DNA of 64,000 bases, from positions 76,637 to 140,636 of the forward strand of contig CAVVET010000022.1 of the NCBI GenBank assembly GCA_963747215.1. The letters run 5' to 3'. Shown one piece after another: positions 52,646 to 62,337 of this stretch. The first letter of the stretch is position 1; every line of letters starts with the position of its first letter. Position numbers and translations under genes: made by a program. Source of the DNA: an uncultured Acidimicrobiales bacterium. GTDB lineage: Bacteria; Actinomycetota; Acidimicrobiia; Acidimicrobiales; DATKAS01. Below the pieces are notes generated by a model. That model searched no databases and was not told where the DNA came from. It saw only the letters and a list, made by a program, of their open reading frames with translations.

Positions 52646-53927
52646 ATGGACGCACATGCAGACATCGTCGTCGTCGGAGGCGGCCTCGCCGGCCTGATCG
52701 CCGCCGCCACGGCCGCCGGACCCGACTCGGGATCACGGCTCGACGTCGTCGTGCTCGAGGGCACACAACCGGGCGGCCGGGCTCGTACCGATGCGCGCAG
52801 CGGCTACCGCTTCAATCAAGGCGCCCACGCCATCTATCTCGGCGGCGCGCTCCGGCGCACGCTCGGCGAGCTCGGCATCGATCCCAGAGGCGGGCCTCCG
52901 GCCATCAACCACACCTCGGTCTGGCACGAAGGTGCGCTCTACCCGCTGCCGGCGTCGGCCCGGAAGCTCCTGGCGAGCCGTCTCCTCGGTCCGCGTGCGA
53001 AGGCGCAGATCGCGAAGTTGCTGCCGTCGCTGGGAAAGATCGACGCTTCGCAGCTCGCGAACGTCACGGGCGCGCAATGGCTCGACAGCCTCGAGCTCCA
53101 GCCCGAAGCGCGCCAGCTCATCTCCCTGCTGGTGCGCACGGCAACGTACGTCGATCCGGACGCGATGCCGATCTCGGCCGACGCGGCGGTGTCGCAGCTG
53201 CAGATGGCGGTCGCGCCGGGCGTCCGGTACATCGACGGTGGCTGGCAGACACTCGTCGACGGGTTGCTCGCGGTGTGCGAGTCGCGCGGGGTGAGGGTGG
53301 AGACGAAGACTCCCGTCGTGTCGGTGAGCTCCTCCGATGGTGGCGTCGAAGTCGTTGCCGGATCGGGCCACTGGACGGCGAAGGCGGCCGTGATCGCGGG
53401 ACTCGGGCCTGCCAACGCGACCTCGTTGCTCGGCGGCGACGCCGTCTGGGGCTGACCTCGGCGACACCGCGACCGCGGCGTGTCTCGACCTCGGACTGAC
53501 GCGCCCGCCGTCGCATCCGGTCGCGTTCGGCTTCGCCGATCCCGTGTACCTCTCGACCCACTGTCCGCCCGCCGATCTCGCTCCGAACGGCGGCGCGGTC
53601 GTCCACGCCATGCGCTACGGAGCACGCGGCGCGGACGTGGACCGGGCCTCACTCGACGAGCTTGTCGCCGGCGTCGGCATCGACGCCTCGACGATCGTCA
53701 CCGAGCGCTTCCTCGCCCACATGAACGTCGCGTGGACGGTGCCGACCCCGTCACGGGGCGGATTGCCGGGACGCCCGCCGGTGACGGTTCCGAGCCACGA
53801 CGGCGTCTTCGTCGCCGGCGACTGGGTGGGGCCCGTCGGCTTGCTGTCCGACGCGACGGCGGCGAGCGCGGTGAGCGCGGCGACTGCGGCTCGCGCGGCG
53901 CGACGATCGCTCGCCGGGGCACGCTGA
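52646..53927 (+). CDS. NAD(P)/FAD-dependent oxidoreductase (phytoene desaturase/amine oxidase-like), one frame break
   Basis: Starts MDAHADIVVVGGGLAGL. Continues after the break near 53452 as DLGDTATAACLDLGL...YLSTHCPP...VFVAGDWVG (ORF 53544..53927). Confidence 0.75.
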
Positions 53928-53932
53928 TCACC

Positions 53933-54820
53933 GTGGACGTTCCCGCGAGCGCCATCCCCACGAACGACGTCGATGTCTTCGAAGCCGAACGTCCACGGCT
54001 GCTCGGCCTCGCGTACCGGATCCTCGGCTCGGCGGTCGATGCTGAAGACGTCGTGCAGGAGGCATGGGTGCGGTGGAGCTCCGCGGAAGGCATCGAACGA
54101 CCCGCCGCCTGGCTGACCACCGTCGTCAGCCGGCTCGCTCTCGACGCCTGGCGCGCACAGCAGCGCAAGCGCGAGGACTACGTCGGGCCGTGGCTCCCCG
54201 AGCCGGTGGCGATCGAGCCCGGCCCCGCGGAGCGAGCCGAGCTCGCCGACTCACTGACGCTCGGGTTCCTCGTGCTCCTCGACGAGCTCACGCCGGTCGA
54301 ACGCGTCGTCTTCCTGCTCGCCGACGTGTTCGGCGAGCCGTACGCGGACATCGCGACCACCGTCGGGAAGTCAGAGGCGGCCTGCCGTCAGATCGCGAGC
54401 CGCGCCCGGCGTCGGCTGCAGGAGTCGAGACCGAAGAGACCAAGTCGCTCGTCGGCGCCGCTGGCCGCAGCATTGCTGCAAGCAGTCGCGAGCGGCGATG
54501 TCGCCGCGACGATGGCGTTGCTCGATCCCGATGTCGTGCTCACGAGCGACGGTGGGCCGCACCGCCACGCCGCTCGGCGTCCCGTGATCGGCGCGGACCG
54601 CGTCACGCGCCTCCTGGTGAACATCACCCGCCGCGGGCTGGCCAACGCCGACATGCAGTTCGTGGACGTCAACCGGACGCCGGCGCTGGTGATCTCGTTC
54701 CGCGGTCGCCCCGAGATGGTGGTCGCGATCGAGAGCAACGACGATCGCGTCCAAGCGATCCGCATCGTCGTGAACCCCGACAAGCTCAAGCACCTTGCCG
54801 AGCCGATGCGCTTGATCTGA
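53933..54820 (+). CDS. ECF sigma-70 factor with C-terminal SnoaL-like extension (SigJ/ECF41-like)
   Basis: GTG 53933 lies 5 nt after the upstream TGA. Contains FEAERPRLLGLAYRILGS..DAEDVVQEAWVRW, TPVERVVFLLADVF and ACRQIASRARRRL, plus a ~110 aa extension. Confidence 0.8.
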   Translation: MDVPASAIPTNDVDVFEAERPRLLGLAYRILGSAVDAEDVVQEAWVRWSSAEGIERPAAWLTTVVSRLALDAWRAQQRKREDYVGPWLPEPVAIEPGPAERAELADSLTLGFLVLLDELTPVERVVFLLADVFGEPYADIATTVGKSEAACRQIASRARRRLQESRPKRPSRSSAPLAAALLQAVASGDVAATMALLDPDVVLTSDGGPHRHAARRPVIGADRVTRLLVNITRRGLANADMQFVDVNRTPALVISFRGRPEMVVAIESNDDRVQAIRIVVNPDKLKHLAEPMRLI

Positions 54821-54825
54821 GCCGC

Positions 54826-55513
54826 TCAGGCGGTCACGGTCGCGTCGACGTCGAATTGGCTCGGCGCGTGCGAACCGCAGCTCGACCTGGACCGTGAGCC
54901 CCGGCTCGAGTGCCTCGTGGAGATCGAGCAGCATGATGTGCGACGTGGCGTCGCCGAGCTCGCGTGTCTGGCCCGGTGCTACCGCGATCCGCGCAACCGG
55001 TTGCATCTCTGCTCGTCCTTCGACATCTCGGGTCGCGTGCAGCGAAGCGTTACGCGGCGACCGGGGTAGTCACCGCCACCGAGCGCGTCATCCTTGTTCG
55101 ACCGGTTCCGCACCGTGAACGACAGCACCGAGACGCCTCCCGGCGGAGCCTGGGTGACCACGACGTCGGACACCTCCACGTTCGGCGCTGCGGACGTTGC
55201 GACAGGGTCATCGCTCACAACGACGAGAGTCCCCACCGCGGCGGCGGCGATCGCACCGATTCCCGCCGCTATCGGCGCTCGCCGACGACGACGTCGGAGC
55301 GGCGGCAGCGCCCGCATGATCTCGCTGGTCAGCTCCGGCACCGGCTCGCTCGGATGCACCCGCACCACGCGATGGACCGCGCGCGATATCGTTCGCCGTA
55401 CACGCGACACGACTCGCAGCCGGCGACATGCGCCGAAACGGCAGCGCGCTCGCGGAGGTCGGCCTCGTTGTCGAGGATTGCCGAAGGGCCTCGCGGCAGG
55501 TGACGCAGTCCAC
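54826..55513 (-). CDS. Anti-sigma factor (zf-HC2) - TM helix - PCuAC (DUF461) copper chaperone domain fusion, 3 frame breaks
   Basis: GTG 55513 gives MDCVTCREALSAILDNEADLRERAAVSAHVAGCESCR. ORF 54979..55410 has, in one frame, the linker PSEPVPELTSEIMRAL, RRRRRR plus the TM helix IAAGIGAIAAAAVGTLVVV, and VEVSDVVVTQAPPGGVSVLSFTVRNRS. The frame of ORF 54371..55006 gives LHATRDVEGRAEMQPV...ATSHIML (H-X10-M-X21-H-X-M). The tail QFDVDATVTA ends at TGA 54826. Confidence 0.65.
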
Positions 55514-55526
55514 GTCTACGACTCGT

Positions 55527-56062
55527 TCACGATCTGGACTGGGCTCTCCGGCTGGCTGATACGCGTCCGAGAGGATCGAGCAGGGCGCCGCGCGACCCGC
55601 GATCGGATCGTGCCGACGGGACATTCACAGGCATCGGCCGCTTCGGCGTACGAAAACCCGAGGATCTGCGTGAGCACGAACGCCTCGCGGCGGTCGTCGT
55701 CCAGCTGTGCGATGAGGTCGTAGAGCTCCACGAGACCCGGACGCGCTCGGCGTGGCCTCCTCCTCGGGATCGCTGGTCCGCTCGAGCAACCGACGCCCAC
55801 GGGAAATGGTGCGAATCGCGTCGGCACACACGCGTCGAGCGATTGACAACAACCAGACGCGGGCACTCGATTCACCCTTGAATCGAGCGAGCGCTGGCAC
55901 CGCCCGCAAGAACGTCTCCTGTGTGAGGTCATCGGCCGAGTCTGGCGACACCGGATACGCGCAGAGCTTCCACACGTCGGACTGCGACCCACGCACGAAA
56001 GCCTCGAGCGCGATGCGATCTCCGTGACACGCGGCGACCGCGAGTCGCGTGAGATCGTCCAC
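55527..56062 (-). CDS. ECF-type RNA polymerase sigma-70 factor, 2 frame breaks
   Basis: ORF 55625..56062 has [34 protein letters not shown]. The sigma-4 region [39 protein letters not shown] is in the frame of ORF 55516... The end ALLDPLGRV... stops at 55527. Confidence 0.75.
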
Positions 56063-56095
56063 CGGTGCATGGTGGCAGGATCGCCTGCCTCGGTC

Positions 56096-56761
56096 CTAAG
56101 CGGGACGTCGGCGAAGGCCCACGAGAGCGACCGCCCCGAGAATGACGCCCACGGCGCCGACGACGATGCCGATGATCGCCAACGTGTTCGAGTCCGACTC
56201 ATCGGAGGTGGAACCATCGCTCTCAGCTCCCGCTGCGGGAGTGAGGTTGAGCAGAGGGGCGGGATGCGCCGGCTCATCCTCGCCCTCGACGACCGGCTCC
56301 ACCCAGCGCACGACCTCGCCGTCGTCGTAGGTCTGGACCGCGGGGAACATCAGGGCGGTACCGGGCTCGTCAGGGAGCGGGCCGAGCTCGATGTCGAAGA
56401 TCTCGAACTGGCCCGGCGGGATCTCTCCGCCCTCGAAGGTCACGGAGGTCACGGCCTCGGTGATCTCGCCATCCTCACCCTGGACCGGCGGGTCGAGCGG
56501 CGAGGTGGTGAGAGTGACCTCCCATCCCGGCGTCTCCCGCGCCAGCACGAACGGGATCACCACGTCCTGCGGCATGGCGATCTCGACCTTCACCGTGTTC
56601 GCCGATGCGGTCTCGTTCGGCACCTGGAAGTGCAGGATCGCGAACCCGCCCGCCTCGACCTCGTCGTTGTCGATCGTGACGTGCGCGCTCGCGGCGCGGG
56701 CGGGCAACACGAGCAGGGCGGCGGTCAGGACGGCAAAGCGGGCGAGGCGAAGTCGGGTCAT
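56096..56761 (-). CDS. YcnI family (DUF1775) copper-binding protein, membrane-anchored
   Basis: Intact 221 aa ORF. Signal peptide ...PARAASA|HVTIDN leaves an N-terminal His. Contains [29 protein letters not shown] and PAPLLNL, with a C-terminal TM helix [21 protein letters not shown]. Confidence 0.8.
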   Translation of the reverse strand: MTRLRLARFAVLTAALLVLPARAASAHVTIDNDEVEAGGFAILHFQVPNETASANTVKVEIAMPQDVVIPFVLARETPGWEVTLTTSPLDPPVQGEDGEITEAVTSVTFEGGEIPPGQFEIFDIELGPLPDEPGTALMFPAVQTYDDGEVVRWVEPVVEGEDEPAHPAPLLNLTPAAGAESDGSTSDESDSNTLAIIGIVVGAVGVILGAVALVGLRRRPA

Positions 56762-56796
56762 GCCTCACTGGTCGCTCCTGGCGGCCGATTGGTTCC

Positions 56797-57557
56797 CTAG
56801 GCGTTCAGCTTTCGCACCCCGAACCAGACGCCGGCGCCGACGAGCGCAAGGATGCCGACGGCGACGGCGCCGATCACCAACGGGGTGGAGTCGTCCTCCT
56901 CGGTGTCAACCGTGCTGGCGGCGGTCGTCGCCGCGGCGGTCGAGTCGGGGGCGGCTGCAGTGGTCGCGGCTACGGCCGTCGTCTCCACTGCCGCCGTCGT
57001 CGGCGGTGCTGCCGTGGTGGCCGGTGCGGTCGTGGTGGTGACTTGACCAGGAAGATCGGCGACCAGGACAACGGGCGCGGGATCTTCCGGCTCGCTGCCG
57101 TCCGCGTTCGGCGGCTGGACCCATCGGATCTCGCCGACCTCGCAGGTCTGGACGACGGGGAAGAGCAAGACCTGATCCGGTGTGTCCGGGAACCTCATGG
57201 ACACGGTGAGGCCGAGCGGCTCGTGATCAGGCTGGGGGCCGCCGGTCCAGGTGATCACGCTGCCCTCGACCTCGAACTCCCAGCCGGGGACGAGCTCGGG
57301 CTCGACTGCGGTCACCCCGCCGGGACCTGCATCTCGACCTTGGTCGTCGGCGACTCACTGCAGCCGTGTTCGATCGTGAACAGCACGGGTGAGGTCGATC
57401 CGGGCTCGACCTGAGTCGGCTCGACCTCGACGTGGGCGAAGGCAGGGGTGGCCAGCAGGACGAGGGCGCCAGCGGCAGTGGCGGCCGAGATCACGAGCTT
57501 GCGGGGGGAAATCACGGGTTTCCATGCTGCCAGACGGGCGGCTGCTCCCCGCGTCAC
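56797..57557 (-). CDS. YcnI family (DUF1775) paralogue with Thr/Ala-rich linker and C-terminal TM anchor, one frame break
   Basis: ORF 57312..57557 has the signal peptide ...LLATPAFA|HVEVEP and FTIEHGC. One base missing in the C4 run at 57315-57318 separates it from ORF 56797..57315 (VTAVEPELVPGWEFEV...FPVVQTCEVGEIRWVQP). The likely true start is GTG 57515. Confidence 0.75.
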
Positions 57558-58901
57558 TCAGAGGAACGACTTGGGGATGAGCCCGTTCGCGCGGGCTTCA
57601 CGTTCGAGGTCGTCGCGGAAGTCGGGATGGGCGAGCGAGATCATCGCCTTGGCCCGTTCGGGGACCGACTTGCCCTTGAGGTTGACGAGTCCGAACTCGG
57701 TGACCACGTACATCATGTCGCTGCGCGGCGCGGTGACGATGTTCCCCGGTGTCAGGCTCAGCACGACGCGGCTGCGTCGATCGCCGTTGCGCTCGTAGGT
57801 CGACGACATGCACACGAACGACTTGCCGCCTTTCGACGCGTACGCGCCGCGGATGAACTGCAGCTGACCACCGGTGCCGCTGATGTGGCGGTGACCGTTC
57901 GACTCGCTCGCGGCCTGGCCCTGGAGATCCATCTGGGTCGTGTTGTTGATCGCCGTCATGCGGTCGTTCTGGATGATCTGATGCGGCAGGTTCGTCATGT
58001 CGACCGGTTGGCACGAGATGTCGGGGTTGTCGTCGATCGCGTCGTACGTCGACTTCGAGCCGAGACGCGAAGGTGCACACGATCTTGCCGGGATGGGACG
58101 TCTTCGCCGCGCCGGTCACGACACCGGCCCGGTAGAGGTCGATGATCCCGTCGGTGAGCATCTCGGTGTGGACGCCGAGGTCGCGCACGCCGCTCTCCAT
58201 CAGCAGCGAGCACACGGCGTTCGGCATCGCGCCGATGCCGATCTGCAGGCACGCGCCGTCTTCGATCTCCGCCGCGATCAGCCGCGCCACGGCACGATCG
58301 GCGTCGGTCGGTGCCGCGTTCGGCAGCTCGGGCAGCGGCTGCCCCGTCGCCGTCGATCACGTAGTCGACCTCGCTCGCGTGCAGCCCGTTGTCGATGCCG
58401 TGCACATAGGGCAGCGCCGGGTCGACTTCGACGATGACGACCTTCGCCCGTGAGGCGACCGCCCGGTGCCAGAGGTTGGCCGGACCGAAGTTGAAGTACC
58501 CGTCGGCGTCGATCGGACAGGTCTTGACCACCATGACGTCGGGCGGGTCGATGAAGCGCCGGTAGTAGTCGGGGATCTCGCCGAGGTTGCACGGGATGTA
58601 GTTCTGCCGGCCGGCGTCGCACTGCTTGCGGTCGTAGCCGCCGAAGTGCCAGTTGAAGAACGAGACGTGCTCGCCGCTCGGGATCGGCCTCGAGCACGGC
58701 CCGCGGTCCGCGTGCACAGGCACCCGCGGATGTTCACGCATCGAGCTCGCCGATCCGCTCGGCCAGGGCCTTGTCGAACACGTCGGGCTGCGCGAGCACC
58801 GCGCCGTAGTCGAGCCAGTCGCCGGAACGGACCAGCGCGGCCGCCTCCTCCGCCGAGATGTGTCGAGCCGACTTGGCGGAGGCGATCGTGGGTGAGGTCA
58901 C
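57558..58901 (-). pseudogene. Acetyl-CoA hydrolase/transferase family (4-hydroxybutyrate/succinyl-CoA:acetate CoA-transferase-like), about 5 frame breaks
   Basis: GTG 58901 gives VTSPTIASAKSARHISAEEAAALVRSGDWLDYG. Later pieces are VNIRGCL, AVLEADPERR, HVSFFNWHFGGYDRK...EVDYVIDGDG, QPLPELP...ARLIAAEIEDGACLQIGIGAMPN, and SKSTYDAIDD...QMDLQGQAASE...MMYVVTEFG. These span five frames. Confidence 0.7.
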
Positions 58902-58925
58902 GACGGTGACCGTACGCTGCTTCGC

Positions 58926-59786
58926 CTACAGCTCGCCGGATGCCATCAGCTCGACGGGATCCTGCACGCGGACCGTGCCGAGGTAGCCGCCGCCGGCCGC
59001 GAGGGCGTCGTGGGCGGCGTAGCCGAGGAGCGCCTGCGACTCGGCGAGGCAGCGTGCGCACGACGTCGATCGGCGTGGAGAGGTACTGGTTCTCCTCGGT
59101 GCGCAACCATCCGACGCAGTAGCTCACGTGCATCCCGCGCCGGCGCACGTCGGGCGTGACGTTGGCGCCGCCGCCGTGGAGCGTCGAGCCGAGGTAGACG
59201 ACGGCCGATCCGGCGGCCATCTCGGCCGGGACGAGCTCGTCCGTCGGTCGCGACGCGATCGCGCGGCCAGCGGTGGCTGCCGGGGACGACGCGCGTCGCG
59301 CCGTTGTCGGCGGTGAAGTCGACGAGCGCGATCACCGACGCGAGCTGCACCTCGGGGTGCGGGCTGCGGCAGGTGCACCCACACCACCTCGTCGCGGTGG
59401 ATCAGCTGCTGCTCCGAGCCCGGGACCACGGTCGAGCACGTGCGCGATGTTGAGCTGGTACGACGCGCAGCTCGGCAGCAGGATCGCGTCGCAGACGGCT
59501 CGGTACACCGGGTGGGTGAGGATCTCGGTCGCGAACACCCGTGACTCGCCGGCGACGCCGGTGACGTCACGGGTCTGCGCGCCGAAGAACCACTCGATCG
59601 CGTCGTTGATGAACTGCACGGTCCTTCGCCGGGCGGCGCGGCCTCGATGAACGGGTCGAGCTCGGCGTTGAAGCGGGCGAGCAGGTCGGCGTCGAGCAGG
59701 TCCTCGACGATGACGGCGCCGTCGCGCTCGAGCGCATCGACCAGGACCTCGGAGGGTGAGTCCGCCGGGAGCCGTTGGATGTCCAT
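58926..59786 (-). pseudogene. Phytanoyl-CoA dioxygenase (PhyH) family, about 5 frame breaks
   Basis: Starts MDIQRLPADSPSEVLVDALERDGAVIVEDLL. Later pieces are VQFINDAIEWFFGAQTRDVTG..., SEQQLIHRDEVVWVHLPQP, VQLASVIALVDFTADNGATRVVPGSHRWP, MAAGSAVVYLGSTLHGGGAN..., and SQALLGYAAHD...LMASGEL ending at TAG 58926-58928. Confidence 0.65.
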
Positions 59787-59838
59787 GCCCCAACCATAGG
59801 AAGGGATCGTGGGCGGTATCCTGAACGACGCAGATCAC

Positions 59839-60214
59839 GGGGCTGATCGGTTTCGACATCGGAGCCGAGTTCCGGACGTGCGACCCGAGTTGCTCAGACT
59901 CGTTAAACGGGGCAAAAACCACAACTGCCAACCAGCAGTTCGCTCTCGCTGCCTAGTCCCTAGGTAGATGAGAGACATCGTGAGCCGAGAGGCCGCACGG
60001 GGCCGATCCACCGCAGCCCGGCAACAGAAGCGGAGGATGACCGCAGCAAAGTCTGCTGACGGCGGGAAAGACCGCTGACATCGGGGAAAGACCCGGCGGT
60101 GGCCGCAAGGCCAGCCGACCCGCCGGTGAGGTGCCGTCAGCCTCGAAGTCGGGAACGGTCGTAGCGCGGACGGTGCTCACCCGATGGACGGGGGTTCGAT
60201 TCCCCCCAGCTCCA
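59839..60214 (+). ncRNA. ssrA: tmRNA (transfer-messenger RNA)
   Basis: The 5' GGGGCTG pairs with the 3' CAGCTCC, followed by discriminator A. The T-arm is GGACGGGGGTTCGATTCCCCC. The tag ORF runs from GCA 59912 to TAG 59954-59956 and encodes AKTTTANQQFALAA. CCA is not encoded. Confidence 0.92.
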
Positions 60215-60853
60215 CTCGTGTGAACGTGAGGTGGGTGACGCCGCTGGGCGTCGAGACTGCCTCCACGTCGTACTGCTGCTCCAAGCCCTCCAGGCCGTCC
60301 CACAGCCGAACACCGCGGCCGAGCAGGATCGGCACCACCACGACGTGCAGGTGGTCGACGAGACCGGCGGCGAGGAACTCGCGCATCATCGTCGGGCCCC
60401 CGCCGATGCGGACGTCCTGACCGGCGGCCGCGTCCCGCGCCACCTCGAGTGCATCCGCAGGCGCGGCGTCGAGGAAGTGGAACGTCGTACCACCCTCCAT
60501 CTCCAGCGACGGGCGCGGACGGTGGGTCAGGACGTACGTCGGCGTGTGGAACGGCGGGTTGTCGCCCCACCACCCGCGCCACTCGGGGTCGTCCTGCCAG
60601 CCCGGAGGACCGAACTTGCCCGCGCCCATGATCTCCGCACCGATCCCGGGTCCGTGCCGTTCGGCCATCGCGTCATCGAGACCCTCGGTGCCGCCCGACT
60701 CGCCGAGGACCTCGCGGCGGCGAACCGGGTGGCGAACATCCACTCGTGGAGCCGATGCCCGGCGTGGCCGAACGGCGTGTCGAGCGCCTGCCCCTCGCCG
60801 GTGGCGAACCCGTCGAGCGAGATCGAGAAGTTGTGGACGCGGACGCGCGACAT
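60177..60853 (-). CDS. Dihydrofolate reductase family protein (RibD C-terminal domain-like), one frame break
   Basis: ORF 60527..60853 begins MSRVRVHNFSISLDGFATGEGQ. ORF 60177..60743 has GAGKFGPPGW...TYVLTHRPRPS...RIGGGPTMMREFLAAGLVDHLHVVVVPILLG. The last ~12 codons run antisense over the tmRNA 3' end, so the stop is suspect. Confidence 0.75.
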
Positions 60854-60876
60854 GGCGGCTCCTTCGGCCCGTGGGT

Positions 60877-61365
60877 TCAGGCGACCCCGAGATGGTGAGC
60901 GAGCTTCTGCATCGTCTGCAGACCGAGCTCGACAGCGCCGAAGCCGATGGTTGCAGCTCGCTGCTCGACGGTTGGGTGGAGCTGCCGCAGCGTCAACACC
61001 GTCTTTCCATCGGCTTGTTCGTCGAGGGTGATCGTCACTCGGAAGCGGGCCGGGTCATCGTCGGCGTCGGACCCGTGATCCAGCACCAACCTCTCGACGG
61101 GAACGACTTCGAGGTAGTCGAAGCGATTCGTGAACACGGTGCCGTCTCCGGAAACCATGTCGAAGCGCGCTCGACCTCCCGGGCGCACGTCCATCTCTCG
61201 GACTGTGCACGTGAACCCGTCGGGACCGAACCATTGGCAGAAGGCATCCGCATCGGTCCACGCGGCGAACACCGCTTCGCGTGTGGCGTCGAGAACGCGA
61301 ACGAGGACGATCTCACGATCGAGCGCCCACGTCGTCGGATCGGTGATCGCCGGGGTACGGCTCAT
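60877..61365 (-). CDS. SRPBCC superfamily protein (AHSA1/START-like)
   Basis: Intact 162 aa ORF: REAVFAAWTDADAFCQWFGPDGFT...MDVRPGGRARFDM. ATGA overlap with the upstream ArsR gene, the usual ArsR-AHSA1 pairing. Confidence 0.8.
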   Translation of the reverse strand: MSRTPAITDPTTWALDREIVLVRVLDATREAVFAAWTDADAFCQWFGPDGFTCTVREMDVRPGGRARFDMVSGDGTVFTNRFDYLEVVPVERLVLDHGSDADDDPARFRVTITLDEQADGKTVLTLRQLHPTVEQRAATIGFGAVELGLQTMQKLAHHLGVA

Positions 61366-61728
61366 GGATTCTCCAATGTCGCTGGGGATGCGGTCTGGTC
61401 AGATGCGCGCCGGAGGTGCACATCGAGCCGGTCGAGACGGTGCTCCCACGCCGCTCGGGTGTGCTCGGCCCATGCGGCGATCTCGACCAGAGGCTCCGGC
61501 CGTCAACCGGCATGGCCGCCGTTGTCCATCTCGGCCGCGACTGATCAGACCCGCGCGCTCGAGCACCTTCAGATGACGGGAGATGGCCGGGAGACTGATC
61601 GGGAACGGCTCGGCCAACTCGAGCACGGTTGCCTCACCGTCGGCCAACCGACGCACGATCGAGCGCCGCGTGGGGTCCGACAGGGCGGCGAAGACGACGT
61701 CGAACCGTTCGGGGGCCGCCACGGTCAT
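61362..61728 (-). CDS. ArsR/SmtB family transcriptional regulator, one frame break
   Basis: [50 protein letters not shown]. After the break near 61497 come [28 protein letters not shown] and ...LENP, ending at TGA 61362-61364. Confidence 0.75.
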
Positions 61729-61775
61729 CGTTGCCGTCGCTCCCGCAGATACTTCATAGGTTGGTTATTTAACAG

Positions 61776-61802
61776 AGTGACTATATATAGTCAAACGTCA
61801 CT
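61776..61802. promoter_or_regulatory. Nested palindromic operator candidate upstream of the ArsR-SRPBCC operon
   Basis: Perfect 16-bp palindrome TGACTATATATAGTCA (61778-61793) nested with AGTGAC...GTCACT (61776-61781 / 61797-61802). It lies about 50 nt upstream of the ArsR start, in the most AT-rich patch of the window. Confidence 0.55.
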
Positions 61803-62337
61803 CCCCTTCGAGCTCGGCGAGAAGCTTGTGGAGCAGTGCGCGCAGCTGCGCTTGCTCGTCGGGATCGAGCACTGAGACGAGGCGGCTCTCGGCGACGACC
61901 TGTCCACCGATGGCCTCGTCGACGACGCGGCGGCCGACATCCGTGAGCCGGACCAGGCTGCCCCTTCGGTCGGTGGGGTTCGGCACCCGCTCGACCAGGC
62001 CCTTCCGCTCCAGCCGATCGATCGCGGCCGTCATCCCGCCGGAGGTCATCATGCGGTGCCGGGCGAGCTCGGTGGGTGTGAGCTCGAAGGGCGCACCGGC
62101 GCGACGAAGCGGCGACAGCACCCCGTAATCCCCTTCGTTGAGACCCAGCGGTTCGAAGCACTCGCGGTAGCTCTCTTGGAACATCGATGCGAGCCGGATG
62201 ATCCGCCCCGTGATCTCCTTGGCGCTCGGATCCAGGTCGGGTCGCTCCTTGCGCCACGCGGTGACCAGCCGCCCGATCGCATCCGTCCCCAAAGTATCTT
62301 TATACAAAGTATCTTGACTCATTGCATCTTGACTCAT
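61798..62337 (-). CDS. MarR family transcriptional regulator
   Basis: From ATG 62337 (GGGAGA Shine-Dalgarno 5 nt upstream): MSQDAMSQDTLYKD...LNEGDYGVLSPLRRAG..LTPTELARHRMMTSGGMTAAIDRLERKGLVERVPNPTDRRGSLVRLT. Confidence 0.8.
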   Translation of the reverse strand: MSQDAMSQDTLYKDTLGTDAIGRLVTAWRKERPDLDPSAKEITGRIIRLASMFQESYRECFEPLGLNEGDYGVLSPLRRAGAPFELTPTELARHRMMTSGGMTAAIDRLERKGLVERVPNPTDRRGSLVRLTDVGRRVVDEAIGGQVVAESRLVSVLDPDEQAQLRALLHKLLAELEGE

